The notes: generated by a model not told the origin, from the sequence alone. Positions 28,230-40,326 are shown, counted from the whole stretch's first letter. The stretch: 63,357 nt of DNA, filler included, from Olpidium bornovanus S191 (GCA_017911155.1; 27 parts of 27 records of this genome joined end to end with filler, not necessarily neighbours in it); one strand, 5' to 3'. Numbers and translations are program-made.

Positions 28230-29469
28230 CCACCCCGCCCACCCCTTCTTCCCCCTCCCTCCAGGCTTTTTTTCACGTGCCAGATTCCATTGGCCGACTC
28301 GTCGTCGCAAAAAAAAAAATCCCGATCGGGCGTTTCCCTTCTTTCGCCTCGCGTGGGGCCCGCGGTTTCTTCCCTGCGGAACGGGTGCCCTGCGGCCGAT
28401 TGCGTGAGGGGCGGCGAGCCCCCTAACGTGTGACGGACGTCCTTTGGGGTCTAACGCGCAAACTCGATCTCGCGCTGCGGGCGGCGGGAACCGTCATGAG
28501 CAGTCCGGGAAAGAACCGGTTTAGATTCTGCGAGAAGACGAAAAAGAAAGATCCGGGGCCCGCGTTCTCTCCCCTTCTCTCCCCCCTTCTCCCACCCCCC
28601 CCCACACACACACACACACACACCGGGATCCCGAGCCCCGCATCTCTTTTTCATCGGAAAAGCGCCGGCTCTCTCACGCCTCTCAAGGGGAGAAGGCGCA
28701 CCCACCATTGCGACATTGAAGGCGGAAAAAAAATCGTCCTCCTCTTGCGCCGTCGACCTCCGGCGGCGGCGGAGACCTTGGGCGGACGAGTAGTTCCAAC
28801 GCGAGCCGGCGGCGTGGGCGGCGGGGTCGGCGTGGGCGGCGGGGTCGGCGTGGGCGGCGGGGGCGGCGCGGTCGTCCCGGGAGACGCGGTCGTCCCGGGA
28901 GACCCGGCCGTCCCAGGCGCAAAACGACGACGACCACGACGACCTCTTGGGAGCAAACGCGCCAACGAACTTCGCGGCGGCGGTCTTCCCCGCCGAGAGC
29001 GCTTGCCGGAAGTGCTCTGGGAAACCGCGGTCGGACGCCGCCGCCGGGGACGCGCCCCCTCCTCCGTCATCGTCAGGCGGCTGCCGCTGCTGCTGCTCTC
29101 GGGATGTCGGGGTTGCGGGAGAGGCCGGCGAGGGGGCCAGGCGAGGGGCGAGCGGCGCCGAAGCGGGCGGCGTCGCCGGCGACCCCGCTCCCCGGTCGGC
29201 TGCCCAGTCGGCGAAGTATTCGTGGCGTCCAGGTCGCCGTTCCAGTCCAGGACCCCGCCGCTCCAGCGGCGGCGGCGGCGAGGTCCGCCCGGGGCTGATG
29301 AGGCGGGGGGCGACTGGGAGGTGGAGGGGGACGGGGAGGAGGAAGAGGACGGGGAGGAGGAGGAGGACGGGGAGGAGGAGGAAGACGACGAGGAGGAGGA
29401 GGACGAGGGAGAAAAGGCGATCGACGGCGGCCAGGCGAAGGGACTGCGCATCTGGTTGAGGGCGGGGAG

Positions 29470-29509
<40 letters not shown>

Positions 29510-29619
29510 GGGGGGGGAGNNNNNNNNNNNNNNNNNNNNNNNNNNNNNNNNNNNNNNNNNNNNTTAATTAATTAANNNNNNNNNNNNNNNNNNNNNNNNN
29601 NNNNNNNNNNNNNNNNNNN

Positions 29620-31290
29620 CATGGATCCCCTCCGGAAGCAGCAGCAACTCCACTGACTGGATGCTGTCCCTCAACGCTCAGTGATGCGTAGGATTGACGG
29701 CTCTTGGGAATGCTAAGGACCGTGCCATTGGCTGCTTCGCCCAACATCATCGGCGTCGGGTGCTCTGGAAACGTTGCATTATCGCTGCCCAAGTCTCTGG
29801 CTTGATCAAGTCTGCTGGGCCCGACTACCCTCGATTGTTTCCGCGTCGACTCGTCCGAATAACGACGATCTTCCGGGACGATCGCCGGGCGGACCTCTGA
29901 TACTTCTCCACCTTTCTCTCTCTCGATGAGCGAGTGGTGTATCTGCGTGACATATTTTGTCGAAGAAACGGTCTGGCCCTTTTTTGAAAATAGCAGGGTC
30001 TGACGAAGCTCGTCTTCCGCGTCATCACCCGACGTCTCATTCGTCGAAGTGCGCAAGACTCCGGGCGGCAGGGGAGCCTTCGGCCCTGGCATATTTGCAA
30101 TCTCCGTGTCGAAGGCAGACTCGGCGACAAATGGCCGCCTAGTGTTCGCGGGCGGCGATCTCGCACCACCTTCGGGCGTCGTTCCTCGCGTCAAACCGTC
30201 GGCCATCAAGGCCGCCTCTTCTGAAAGGTGAGCAGCAGAATATCCACAAATCGACGGAGTTATCGCTGAAGGAGTTGATATTGGCCGAGCGCGCTCGTCG
30301 TCCAGCCAATCCTTATGCAAAGGTTGCTTTTTCTTCGCCGGACTTGAGAAAATTGCTTGGCCGGTGGACAGCAAACCCGCAGGCTCTTCCTCCAAAACGC
30401 CCGTGTCAAATGTCCTGCCGCCCGAAAGTTTATCAAATGGAAAAACCGATGGATACGACGGTAGGCCACCGTCAAAATCGTCAAAATCTTCCGGATCGAA
30501 TAATCTCTTCCTCTTCAAGGGGTTGGATGGATGGTCCTGGCCAGCCGAGAACAAAGTCCCGTTCGGGGTCAAAGACAGCAAAGTCGCCATTGCCCTTTCG
30601 CCCGACGAAGGAACTGGGGAGGAAGACTCCTCATGTTTTTCCATAGGCAAAGTCACGCCGCAGACGCCAGCAGTGGCCTGCACGGCGGCCATCTCCCGCG
30701 GCCTCCGGATTCTCCGCTTCGCGTTGTGTCGACGCCATTCCAGCACCTCGGTGAGAAACCGATAATAGAAGCGTATGGCATCCGCTCTCCCGCCCGTCGC
30801 GCCCGCCCTCATTTTCTCCTTACGGGTGTTGACTCCCGTCAGCAGGGACTCGAGGTCCTTCAATTTCAGCTTTCCGGACAATGCGCGGATCATGTCCGTT
30901 TTCGCAGATGGGAACTCCTGCAGCAAAGACTTTGGTTTCCGTCGAAGGTGAAGGGTGAAAAACTCTTCCTTTGTAGCGGATAGGGCAGCCACACGGCCCT
31001 CGGCCGCAACACGCCCCCTACCCACAGTGGGCGGGCTTTCCACCGCGGTGAACGGATCCGAGTGTGAATACGACGATTTGTGGCCGAACTGTTCCTGCTC
31101 TAGCGCCTGGAAGCGGGCAAGAACCGCGGCGACATCCTCACTGTCGTCTACATAGTTGGCCCGATCCGCAGCAATGGAAAGAGCTTTGCTTTCGTTCTTG
31201 CCAGATATAAAACCCGTTTCAAACAAATCGTGCAGTTCCTCCGCGGATAGACGTGGAATATCTGATTCCTGCTCGCTGATGCGGAAGAGA
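29620..31290 (-). CDS. Large internal exon of an unidentified protein
   Basis: Over 530 codons open with natural composition (FFTLHLRRKPKSLL...FYYRFLTEVLEWRRHNAKRR...), running to the contig edge. Upstream GT-AG-flanked segments exist at about 31340-31609. No family recognised. Confidence 0.65.
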
Positions 31291-31709
31291 TCGTGATCGT
31301 TGATTACTTATAAATCATTGCCACAAAAATCTCGCAAACAGGCGGCGACATGCCGCGACACTGACGATCCACTCTAGGCCACAACTTACTAGTCAAGAAA
31401 ATTTTCCAAAGAGACGTTGCTGCGTATGCGGAACAGTCAACACAACATTATTTTAGGTAAGACCAGCGCACGAGCTTCGTACCTGGGGACTGCGACCTCC
31501 TCGAAAAGTGCGTCCTCATCTGATGTCTCGCACGACGAATCTGGACCCTCGTCGTCCACGTCTATCTTCACCGGTTGGCTGGCGTCCGACCCGGCGGTAG
31601 CGCCCATGCNNNNNNNNNNNNNNNNNNNNNNNNNNNNNNNNNNNNNNNNNNNNTTAATTAATTAANNNNNNNNNNNNNNNNNNNNNNNNNNNNNNNNNNN
31701 NNNNNNNNN

Positions 31710-32975
31710 CATGGACGCATTGTCTTGAACCTTTCCATTGTCAATATCGACTCTTGCTCCATCAGTGTTCATCTCATCCTTGCTTGCTTCGTTCTCGGGC
31801 ACTTCACCGATCCTATTCAAAATGCTGGGTATCTTCTTCAGTTCCGCAGCTTTCTCAGGGACGCGCGCTGCTGGCCGCGCGGTTTTGGGCAGGGCTTCCG
31901 CTTGCGCGTTCGTTTGGGTTTCCGCATCCTTGGGTCTTCCTTCTCGGGTTTTCGTATAAGGAGTGAACGCGGCCTTCCCTCTTCCGATGGGAGTTTTCCG
32001 GATGCGACCGGTCGACGTAGTCGAGCCTTCCGGTTCCTATGATTCGGAGGAGGCGTGGTGAAAACCCGCTCAACTTTACAAACTTTGCTCTCCGGCTTAT
32101 AACAAGTCTTACCTCCGCGCGACCGAGCAAACGCGACCGAACGGACGATGGGTACTGTGCACAGAAATTAACAGGTTAAGAAGTCGCCGGCAAAATGTAA
32201 AACAAATTCGAAGTCAAATGTTCGTAGCCCAACACGTGGCAGACGGCGTACCGCGTTTCTTGCGTACATTGCAGGCGGCGCCTTGCGCGCTTCCTACAAA
32301 CGAACAACGCACGTCATTGATAAATGGATTCCCGACTTTGACGGGTGCCACCGGAAATCGGACGAATTCTTTACCGTCAGTGGAGTTCTTCCGGTACGTA
32401 AACTGTACATGATCCGCTCTACCGTCGCCGTATTGAACTCCTCGTAAACGCTCTCCTTGGAAGGCACCGCCAAGTTCGCGCCGAAGAAGCGGCCGCGGTC
32501 GTCGGCATTGCCATGCTCGAACTGCCGTCTTTTCCCGGGCGGCTGAGCACGACAGCCAGAAAAGGTGAGTCGTCTCAGTCGCGTGAACCGCCACCGAATC
32601 CATCGTTAATCGCTTTGTACCTCTCCTCTGCTGCCGAAGGTCGCAAACGATTCCCCCATGGGACGCATGAATTCGTATCCCGGTGGCCGTCCACCTTTCG
32701 TAGAACGTGTTACGGGTCGGCCTACGTCGCGCGGCGGGGAGTAAGGTAGGGTTCGCTTCCGACCGATGAGCACGTTCTGGGCAATCGGGGCGTCCGTGGA
32801 TTTGTAGAGCGGAGCGGATACTTCCACAGGAGCAACCTCCGGACGTCCCGACGAAATAGACAACGACTGTGCTATTCGTTGTCGTTCCGCTTCTGTGATG
32901 GGGGAGCAGCCCTTCCGTCGGAAGAATTCTGACATTTGCAAATTGTAGTCGTACGCGGCCTCGTCGTGAGACTAA
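31710..32975 (-). CDS. Multi-exon hypothetical protein, possibly nuclear-basket nucleoporin (Nup60/Nup1-like); partial
   Basis: Natural-looking frames separated by splice signals. LQMSEFFRRKGCSPITEAERQRIAQSL resembles the recalled Nup60/Nup1 helical motif (L..FF..KG..PL...E..GV.SL). The family call is weak. Confidence 0.35.
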
Positions 32976-33102
32976 AAACCATGNNNNNNNNNNNNNNNNN
33001 NNNNNNNNNNNNNNNNNNNNNNNNNNNTTAATTAATTAANNNNNNNNNNNNNNNNNNNNNNNNNNNNNNNNNNNNNNNNNNNNAAAAAAAAAAACCCCCG
33101 GT

Positions 33103-33136
<34 letters not shown>

Positions 33137-33542
33137 GTTTTTCCACGGCCTGCGGGCGTCGTTTCGCGGGACGCCTATTGCCCCTACGAATGCCCGTGAG
33201 ATAGCAGGGCGTGGTGAGATAGATGCGCGCAGACGCCTTTGTGAGCCGCCCCTCGGGGCGGGCGCGTCCCGCGTTTTTTTTTTGTCTGTGACACGCTGGT
33301 TACTTCGCGAGATGCAACGCGGGTACTGCGCGCGCGCGTCGGAAGAGAAGCGGGGGGGGTGGAAGGGCGACGACGGGTCACGTGACGGCCGAAGCGGCCG
33401 GAAAAAAAAAAAAAAAAAAACAAAAAAAAAAAAAAAACCCCCCCAAAACGGGGGGGGGAACTTCCCGGCCTCTCCAGATTCCCCCGCCCGGCTCTTTCTC
33501 CGCCCGCGGACAGGGGCGAAGTAAGGCGCCCGGCGGCGGCAA

Positions 33543-35042
33543 ATGTCGGCTTCCCTCACCAGCGGGTCGCCCTCCGCCGCGAAGCGGGCCCCGCCGAACG
33601 TCTGCTTCCTCGTCGACTGCTCCTCCGGCCCTCCGGCGGCGGCGGCGGCGGCCGAGGAACCGCCGCGGCGCCCGCGTCGGAACCGCGTCCCCGAGCGCGC
33701 GCGCCGCCTCCGGCAGGCCGCGTTCAAAATCCTGCTTTACTTCCACCACTACGTCGACAGCAGGTTCCGCTGGGACTACCGGCTGGTGGACCTGCGCGGC
33801 GGCGCGACGAGGTTTGAAGAAGCCCCTCCCCCGCCGACGGGCGGCGGCCGCAAGGCCGCCTCCGGGTTCCGGGAGTTCGGCAAGGACGAATTCGAACGCT
33901 TCGCCGCCGATCTGGAACGCGGAGTAGTCCGAGCGGCCGCTGCGGACGCGCCCGCGCGCGCGAGATCTCCGGAGCGCTCGGAAGCCGCCCAGCCGCCGCT
34001 CGTGACGCTCAAGATTGAGCTCAAGAAAGCGCTGGCAGACTTCAAATGGATGCAGGTGCGTGAAAAAATGTCCGTCGGCGTGGCCGGAACGCGTCTCGAG
34101 TTGCGACGAAAAATCCGCATCAGGACGGTAAACTGTCGTCTTGCCCCGGGCCAGGTGGACTTCAGCGAAGTCAGTTCGCCCGTCACGTCGAGGACTCGAA
34201 ACCCCGCTCGAGGAGCGCAGTCGGACGCCGTGGGACGCCCGCCGACGACGGCGAAGAACTTCATTTACCTGTTCACGGACCGGCCGCGGTCGCACGCAAG
34301 TCTCCTCGAACACATCCAAAGCGCCGGACTCTCCCCCTCGCGATCGACCGGCGGGCCCGGCGAAATTTCGCCAGAGCAGACGACGGCGATCCTGGACCAT
34401 ATCCGCGATGCTTGGATAGAAACGGACATTCCGGACGCGTACGCCAGGGATAGGATGGGCATATGCTGGGTCGACACATCAGTCAGACAGCAGGAAGCTG
34501 GAGAACCTGACGCTGTTTACCACATGTTTGCCGCCATCATGTCTGCTTTCGGAGGCAAGCTTGTGCACCTGGACGACATCCTCCACGGGGAACGCCTGAT
34601 GCCTTCCTCGGCAATACTTCACTATGCTCGGAGCAGAGTACTACTTCCGGATCGTCGGTTGGCGGACTTGCAGCAGGGCAGGTTATCGTTTACCCCAGAG
34701 CGAACGGCCGTATCCCCAGCCAGTATGTGGATTGTCAGGCTCGTCGCAGCTTCTGACATCTGCGCGAACTGTGAGTGGGATGCCTTCTACTTGATTGTAC
34801 CGCGCTGGAGTCATAGATAATTTTGAGGCTTATGTCCTATTGTTCTAAACACCGGCAACTGTAGCAAATGCTCAGATATGTCCGGCCAAGGTGCAACGCC
34901 TGGTAAAGTCCGTAACGCAGAATGTTTCCGCCGTTCGCCGCCCTTCGAAGCAGGGCGTTAACAACTTGATTATCCACCCAGACAGCCGGCATCCGACCTA
35001 TCCTCGCCGAGAACGTTCGCCCTCAAGCTGAATGGTGCCATG
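33543..35042 (+). CDS. TICRR: Treslin/TICRR-like protein, N-terminal (CIT/vWA-like) domain; 3' partial
   Basis: At least seven colinear blocks match recalled human Treslin: NVCFLVDCSSG/KVMLLLDTAGG, RLRQAAFKILLYF/RVRRAALRLLTYL, FREFGKDEFERFAADLE/FRELGSRSWEDFEEELE, LKKALADFKW/LMETLLDYQW, NFIYLFTDRPRS/NAVFLLAPCPHS, ICWVDTS/FYWVDTT and FGGKLV/GGGTVL. Probable 99-nt intron at 34056-34154. Confidence 0.78.
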
Positions 35043-36622
35043 NNNNNNNNNNNNNNNNNNNNNNNNNNNNNNNNNNNNNNNNNNNNTTAATTAATTAANN
35101 NNNNNNNNNNNNNNNNNNNNNNNNNNNNNNNNNNNNNNNNNNCATGACACCGGTAACGAAACAGTGAGCGAGGATGAGGAAGAAACTGGCAACGTTCCCC
35201 CTGCAATTTGGGCCGAACGGCCCACCGGCCCTCAGCCCCGTCGTCTGGAGCCGCAAGATCCCTTTTTGTCTGCCCGTGACCGCAGCGATCGCGATGAGCT
35301 GGTCAGCCGGCTGTTCAATCAATCGGAAGAGAGGGGGGTTGTTCACAGGGGAAGAACGGTCCATCCCGGAAATGTCGTCGCGAGCATCCAGCTGCCCTCC
35401 CGGGTTCCCAGCTACCCCAGTTTTCGGCACAACGAAGGCAAGCGACAGAACGTCGTGACAAAATGATCGTTTTTTTGCCTTAGCCGTCGCTTTCGCGTAC
35501 GCGCACGCTAAATTTCGAACGTCCCGAAAACAAAAAAAAAACGTCGTGATCGGGGTGGCCGCATTTTCGCAGAGCGCAGCCACCATCTGAGGACCGGCTC
35601 GCGGCAAAATCTGACGTCTATGTTCAACGCCCTCCGGCGGCAATCGAACCAGCTACGGCAGAGGTCGAGCCTACTGCTCGAGCAGGTTCGACAGCGTCCG
35701 CTGCTCTCGACGGCGGCCCCGAACGCCGCGCTGATTTCAGGGTTCGGTTCGAGGGCCGCCTCGGGCGGTGCCGGAGCAGGTTTTACGGGTTTTGGCGGCG
35801 GGGCGGCCGCCGCGTCCGCGGCCGCCGTGAGCAGGGAAGTTATTCGCGTCCCGGTGAGGGTCACCGTTGCGATGGAGACGCGGGTTACAACTGGATCGAG
35901 CTCGGAGGGAGGACGTTCCGCCGCCAACATCGCCCGCAGGCCTCCCGCGGCCTCAGCCGGCCCGCGCGCGCCCGAATGGCACGCCGGCGCTCGCCCCCTG
36001 TCAGGTAGGAGCGGCCAACACGGCGGGCGGGTTGCCGCTTCGCCCCTAGAACCCATGACCACGACCGCGTTCACTTTCCGCCACATCAATGGCGCCGGAG
36101 CCGCCCTGAGGTTCGCACACGGTGCCGGCCCGTACCAGCCTGCGGCGTCTGCTCTGACTGGCCGGCGTCCGATCCGGATGCCGGATCGAAGGTTCGTTGA
36201 TAAGCGCTGTATATTTTGTTGTCTGGAACCGTTCTCAAAAGCTTCGTCGCAAGGGCCGTCGGCTGACTCCGTTCTTTTTATCGGCTCTTCTGGTTGCGAC
36301 TCAGCGTCTTTAACGAACATCCGTCGAACGCCTAGGGGACCGGTTGATGCTCCGGTCGCGTTTTCGCCCGTTCTGCTGCTTCCAACTGAGCTTCCCCGCG
36401 GGCGGGCCATCTTGGCAAACGAGCGGAACGATGCAACGCATCGACCCATCCACCCTTCCCGTTGAGTGACCACGAAAGAGCACACGGGGCAGCCGGCATC
36501 TCGCTAATGAAAACCAAGCGTGTGCAACCATACGGTTCCAAATGCCCGACTCCACTGTCGGGACAACTCAACACTTCGAATTTCCAGCAGTCAAAACGTC
36601 CCCCCACGTTTTCTCCACTCAC

Positions 36623-36660
<38 letters not shown>

Positions 36661-37128
36661 AAAAAAGCACCCAGTCCTGAAACCGGCAATCCACCGGTTT
36701 TACCCGGCCAGCTTCCTCAGGTTATTCAGACACTTTTCTAACACATTTCAGTTTGCGTTTCATCAAAACCCCATTATTCTCAGTTTGCCGGCGGGTGCGC
36801 GGAGTCTGCCATGTCCGCCCCCCCACCCACCCCACGCCTTGGTGACTTGCAAACGGCTCAATACACACCACGCAATGGACTTGTGTTGCGGAAGAGAGTG
36901 TGCCCGCCATGGTTGCGCGTGCGTGGAAGGCTCAATCGTTGGGGGGCGGGAGGGAGGGAAGGGGGGGAAGGGGGTGTTGGTTTTCGGGAACTGGCAGGTG
37001 GGGAAGTTTAGTTGTAGCCCGAAAGAAGNNNNNNNNNNNNNNNNNNNNNNNNNNNNNNNNNNNNNNNNNNNNTTAATTAATTAANNNNNNNNNNNNNNNN
37101 NNNNNNNNNNNNNNNNNNNNNNNNNNNN

Positions 37129-37256
37129 GCAAAGGGTGTTCGGAAACAAGGTCCCCGACAACCTCACGCCGCCTCTATTCGGCGGTTACCTCCGCCCCGA
37201 CTGCCTGGCCCTGAACCACGCCGGCGTGCAGTGTGCCCAGCGGATCATGAACGAGC
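37129..37256 (+). CDS. Exon of an unidentified nuclear gene
   Basis: GC-rich open frame KGVFGNKVPDNLTPPLFGGYLRPDCLALNHAGVQCAQRIMNE ends at a GTGAGA donor-like site at 37257. Confidence 0.5.
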
Positions 37257-37379
37257 GTGAGATGTGTGCCGGGTTCTGCCGGGAGCGCGGGTTCTCTCCG
37301 CGGGAAAGAATGAAAAAAGGAATAAGAATGAAGGCTGGAGAGTTTTCTTTAAAATTTTTGACCATTTGCACAAATTAGC

Positions 37380-38480
37380 TGACAAATCCTTTTAGCTATC
37401 CACCACTGTGGTGGTATATTTATCCTAATAATTCTATTATGGTATCTTATAATGGTATAAATCTAGTGGTGGATACATAATACCAGGTAATGGCATCCAA
37501 TCCAATCCTACGTACACTTTTAGGAGTACTCAAATTAGAATGCATATACAAGTTATTAGTGGAATCTGTATAGCATTATATTATACACCAGACATACCAT
37601 TTAGTAGTATTCAATTAATATATAGGGATATATGGTATGGTAGTATAACTAGATATGTACATATAAATGGTGAATATTAATTACTAATAAATTAAAAATA
37701 ATATTTAATTATTCATTACTATATTACATTTAATTAAGATATACCTTTACTTAAGGTAAGTACTAATTATACGTCTGATACTTTTAGCCAACTAATAATC
37801 TATCTTTGGTGGAAGAATAGTTTGGTTCAATTCCATATCGATGCTCATACTAATAGTTGGTTCATTTACATTTGGTTTGGATCCAATTTATAGACGATAC
37901 CGGACTGGATGCTATCCACCACTGTGGTGGTATACATTAAAGTGTACGAGTTATCGATATTGAAGAGTTACTGCTAAGATATAATTAGCTAACTATAAAG
38001 TATAGTATTATACTATCCAATCTATTAATACCAACTATTTTGCCTTGAGTTATAGTATCACATATACCACTCACTAAAGATACTATCGAGCTGGTTTATA
38101 TTTATATGTAGCAATTATACTATTATATAATTAATATTATACACCCAAATTGGATCGTCTATTAACCTATAAAGTTACTGTAAGTCTAAATGTAATAATT
38201 ATATTATAGGTATATTACAATATAATTATTATTATGTAATTAGTATAAGTATTGCTATGATATTGCTACATATCTTAGGTAGTAGTTGATATATTTTACA
38301 CCATTAAATTTAGTGTTACACTAATATTTAAGAGTCGAACATCACTTTATCGATAACATTAAAAAGTACTTTGCTAGGTTAATAGTATACATAATTTATA
38401 GTAAGAATTATTAAAGGAGTATTGCCGGATTGGATAGTAATTACATACTAATTTATACAGTATATAATTGATGCTGATTA
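37380..38480 (+). pseudogene. cob: AT-rich organelle-like insert containing a decayed, highly divergent cytochrome b (cob)-like sequence (NUMT candidate)
   Basis: The composition shifts abruptly to AT-rich. 37549-37671 reads QVISGICIALYYTPDIPFSSIQLIYRDIWYGSITRYVHING (cob Q..TG...A..YTP...SS...I.RD...G...RY.H.NG). Weaker motifs follow in cob order: ILP-TGA(W)-xxxS at about 38037-38060, LLHILGSS at 38263-38286 and VLPDW at about 38419-38433. Many stops and frameshifts. Confidence 0.7.
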
Positions 38481-39344
38481 CAGAAGCCGTAATGAGATAC
38501 AAATACTGTAAGCATCAAATATTGGTACGTTCGAGTGGTACCACCAGAGTGTAAGTGATCGTTTTTTCTTGACGCTGGCAGAATTCAGAGGTACAATCGC
38601 GCATTTTCTTTCTTTCTTTTTTTTTTTTTTTTGACACAGCTGAATTCGCACTTTGTTTGCTCGCCATACTTTCTGTTTGTGCGCTCTCAGGATCTCAGTC
38701 ATGTTTGTATAAAAAAAATTCCACGGGACGATGAAAACCACTGCAAAGCGTGCACGGCTGTGTCGCCGGAGGCCCTTTTTAGTTTTTTTTTTCTTGTCTT
38801 TGCTGGTCCGTCGCCCCTTTTTTTTTGTTTTTTTTTTTTTGTTCGCGGTATAATTCAGCGGTACGGTCGTCGATTCGTGTACTTCTATTTTTTTTTTTTT
38901 TTGATGCTGCTGACGCTTTGTTTGCTCATTACGCTCTCTGTTTGAGAGCTTAAGTAGAATTTCAATCTTGTTTGTACGAGAATTCCGCGGGACTGTGAAA
39001 CCACGGCATAGCGTGCGCGGCGAGATCTCTCGGGTGACATGCCTCGTGTTTGTCGTTTTCCGAACGGCTGTGCCGGCACCCGCCGCCGTTCCAACCCGCG
39101 AAGTTTCCCGGGTTTTCAAACCAGGCGACGGGGAACTCGTGGTGCTCCTTTTGCGAAACAAAGCTCAACAAGCTTGCGAAAAAAAACAAGGTCAGGGCGT
39201 GTCGCCGAGATCCTGGCCCCGTAGTTTGTGGCGGGTGGTAGGTTGTTGTGGTGAAGAAAGAGAGTGGAGAAGAGCGGAAGCGGGGTGGGGAGTGACGTCG
39301 GGTGGGGGGATGTGCTCTTAATCTCTTCCAAGCGCCTCGTAAAG

Positions 39345-39431
39345 TTACGGGCGTCCTGAGCAACTTACGGGCATCCGTAACAACAAGTGTCGGATGTCCG
39401 TAGCCCACCCGTAAGTTTTTGACGCCCGTAA
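39345..39431. repeat. Imperfect nested inverted repeat (hairpin or MITE-like remnant)
   Basis: Paired arms TTACGGGCGTC (39345) / GACGCCCGTAA (39421), AACTTACGGG (39362) / CCCGTAAGTT (39408) and CATCCG (39372) / CGGATG (39391). Confidence 0.75.
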
Positions 39432-40201
39432 ATTCCTTTTAGGACCAGTGTTTGACATGTGCTGATAATTACAAAATTGGGGCCTAACGGTGACGCCCTC
39501 TGCTTCAGGGTAACCAAGGAAGATCAACGTGCCGGATCTGCAGGAAGAGCGGGCCTCAAGAGAGAATAACCGGCGGTGCGTCTGCGGGCCGGGAGCGGCG
39601 GCGGGAGAAGCGCATGGCTTGGCCCGTGCCGCACGTTTCGCAATTCTGTTGGGCGGGGAAATACGGATGTGCGGCGAAAGGCGGAGCCCGGGATTCAAGT
39701 GTGTGGGAGAGGGGAAAGCGCGAATGATTTTGGCGCGGGCGAGGTTGCTGCGCGCGTCCGCGTGGCACCGGCGGGGTAAACTCGCAGAGCGGCGGCGAAG
39801 TGCGGCGCTTGGAGATGTCGACGGAGTGGCCGGTTGTGCTTCGCGAAAGCCGTGGCAAAGGCGGGCTTTAGTCCTTGCCGCGCCGCCGTCCCTTGCGTCT
39901 TCATAACTGGGCGCCCTAGTGTGTTAATAGTTATTTTACGAATTGAACCTGCATTCGTATTTTATCTTTTTTTCCCCTGCGTCCAAACCAGATTTCGCCC
40001 GCCCGCGCGTCTTGAAACGCCGCGGCACGTGGGAAGCGCGTGTCGTTTGCTCAACCGTAAAAAAAGTCGCATATGCATTGTCCCCACCGTTTGACGAGGA
40101 GTCCTTTTTCTATATCGAACGGGAAAAGGGGCATTTTCTTTTCCTGAGATAATTATGCGGAACGTGACAAAATAAAAGCGTTCTTTTCGGAACGTGGGGG
40201 G

Positions 40202-40277
<76 letters not shown>

Positions 40278-40326
40278 GGTGTCTCCTCTTCCCGCCTCCG
40301 CCCGTTTTTTTTTTTCTCTCCCGGTC

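Noticed and set aside
28430-29519. Long acidic, Ser-rich or Arg-rich ORFs in several frames
   Set aside because: This is low-complexity GC-rich sequence open in multiple frames. I could not determine the true frame or product.
37800-37935. cox1-like reading (WFNSISMLIL...TGCYPPL) inside the AT-rich insert
   Set aside because: The YPPL match comes from the 24-bp hairpin repeat that also occurs at 37395. The remaining similarity is too weak to call cox1.
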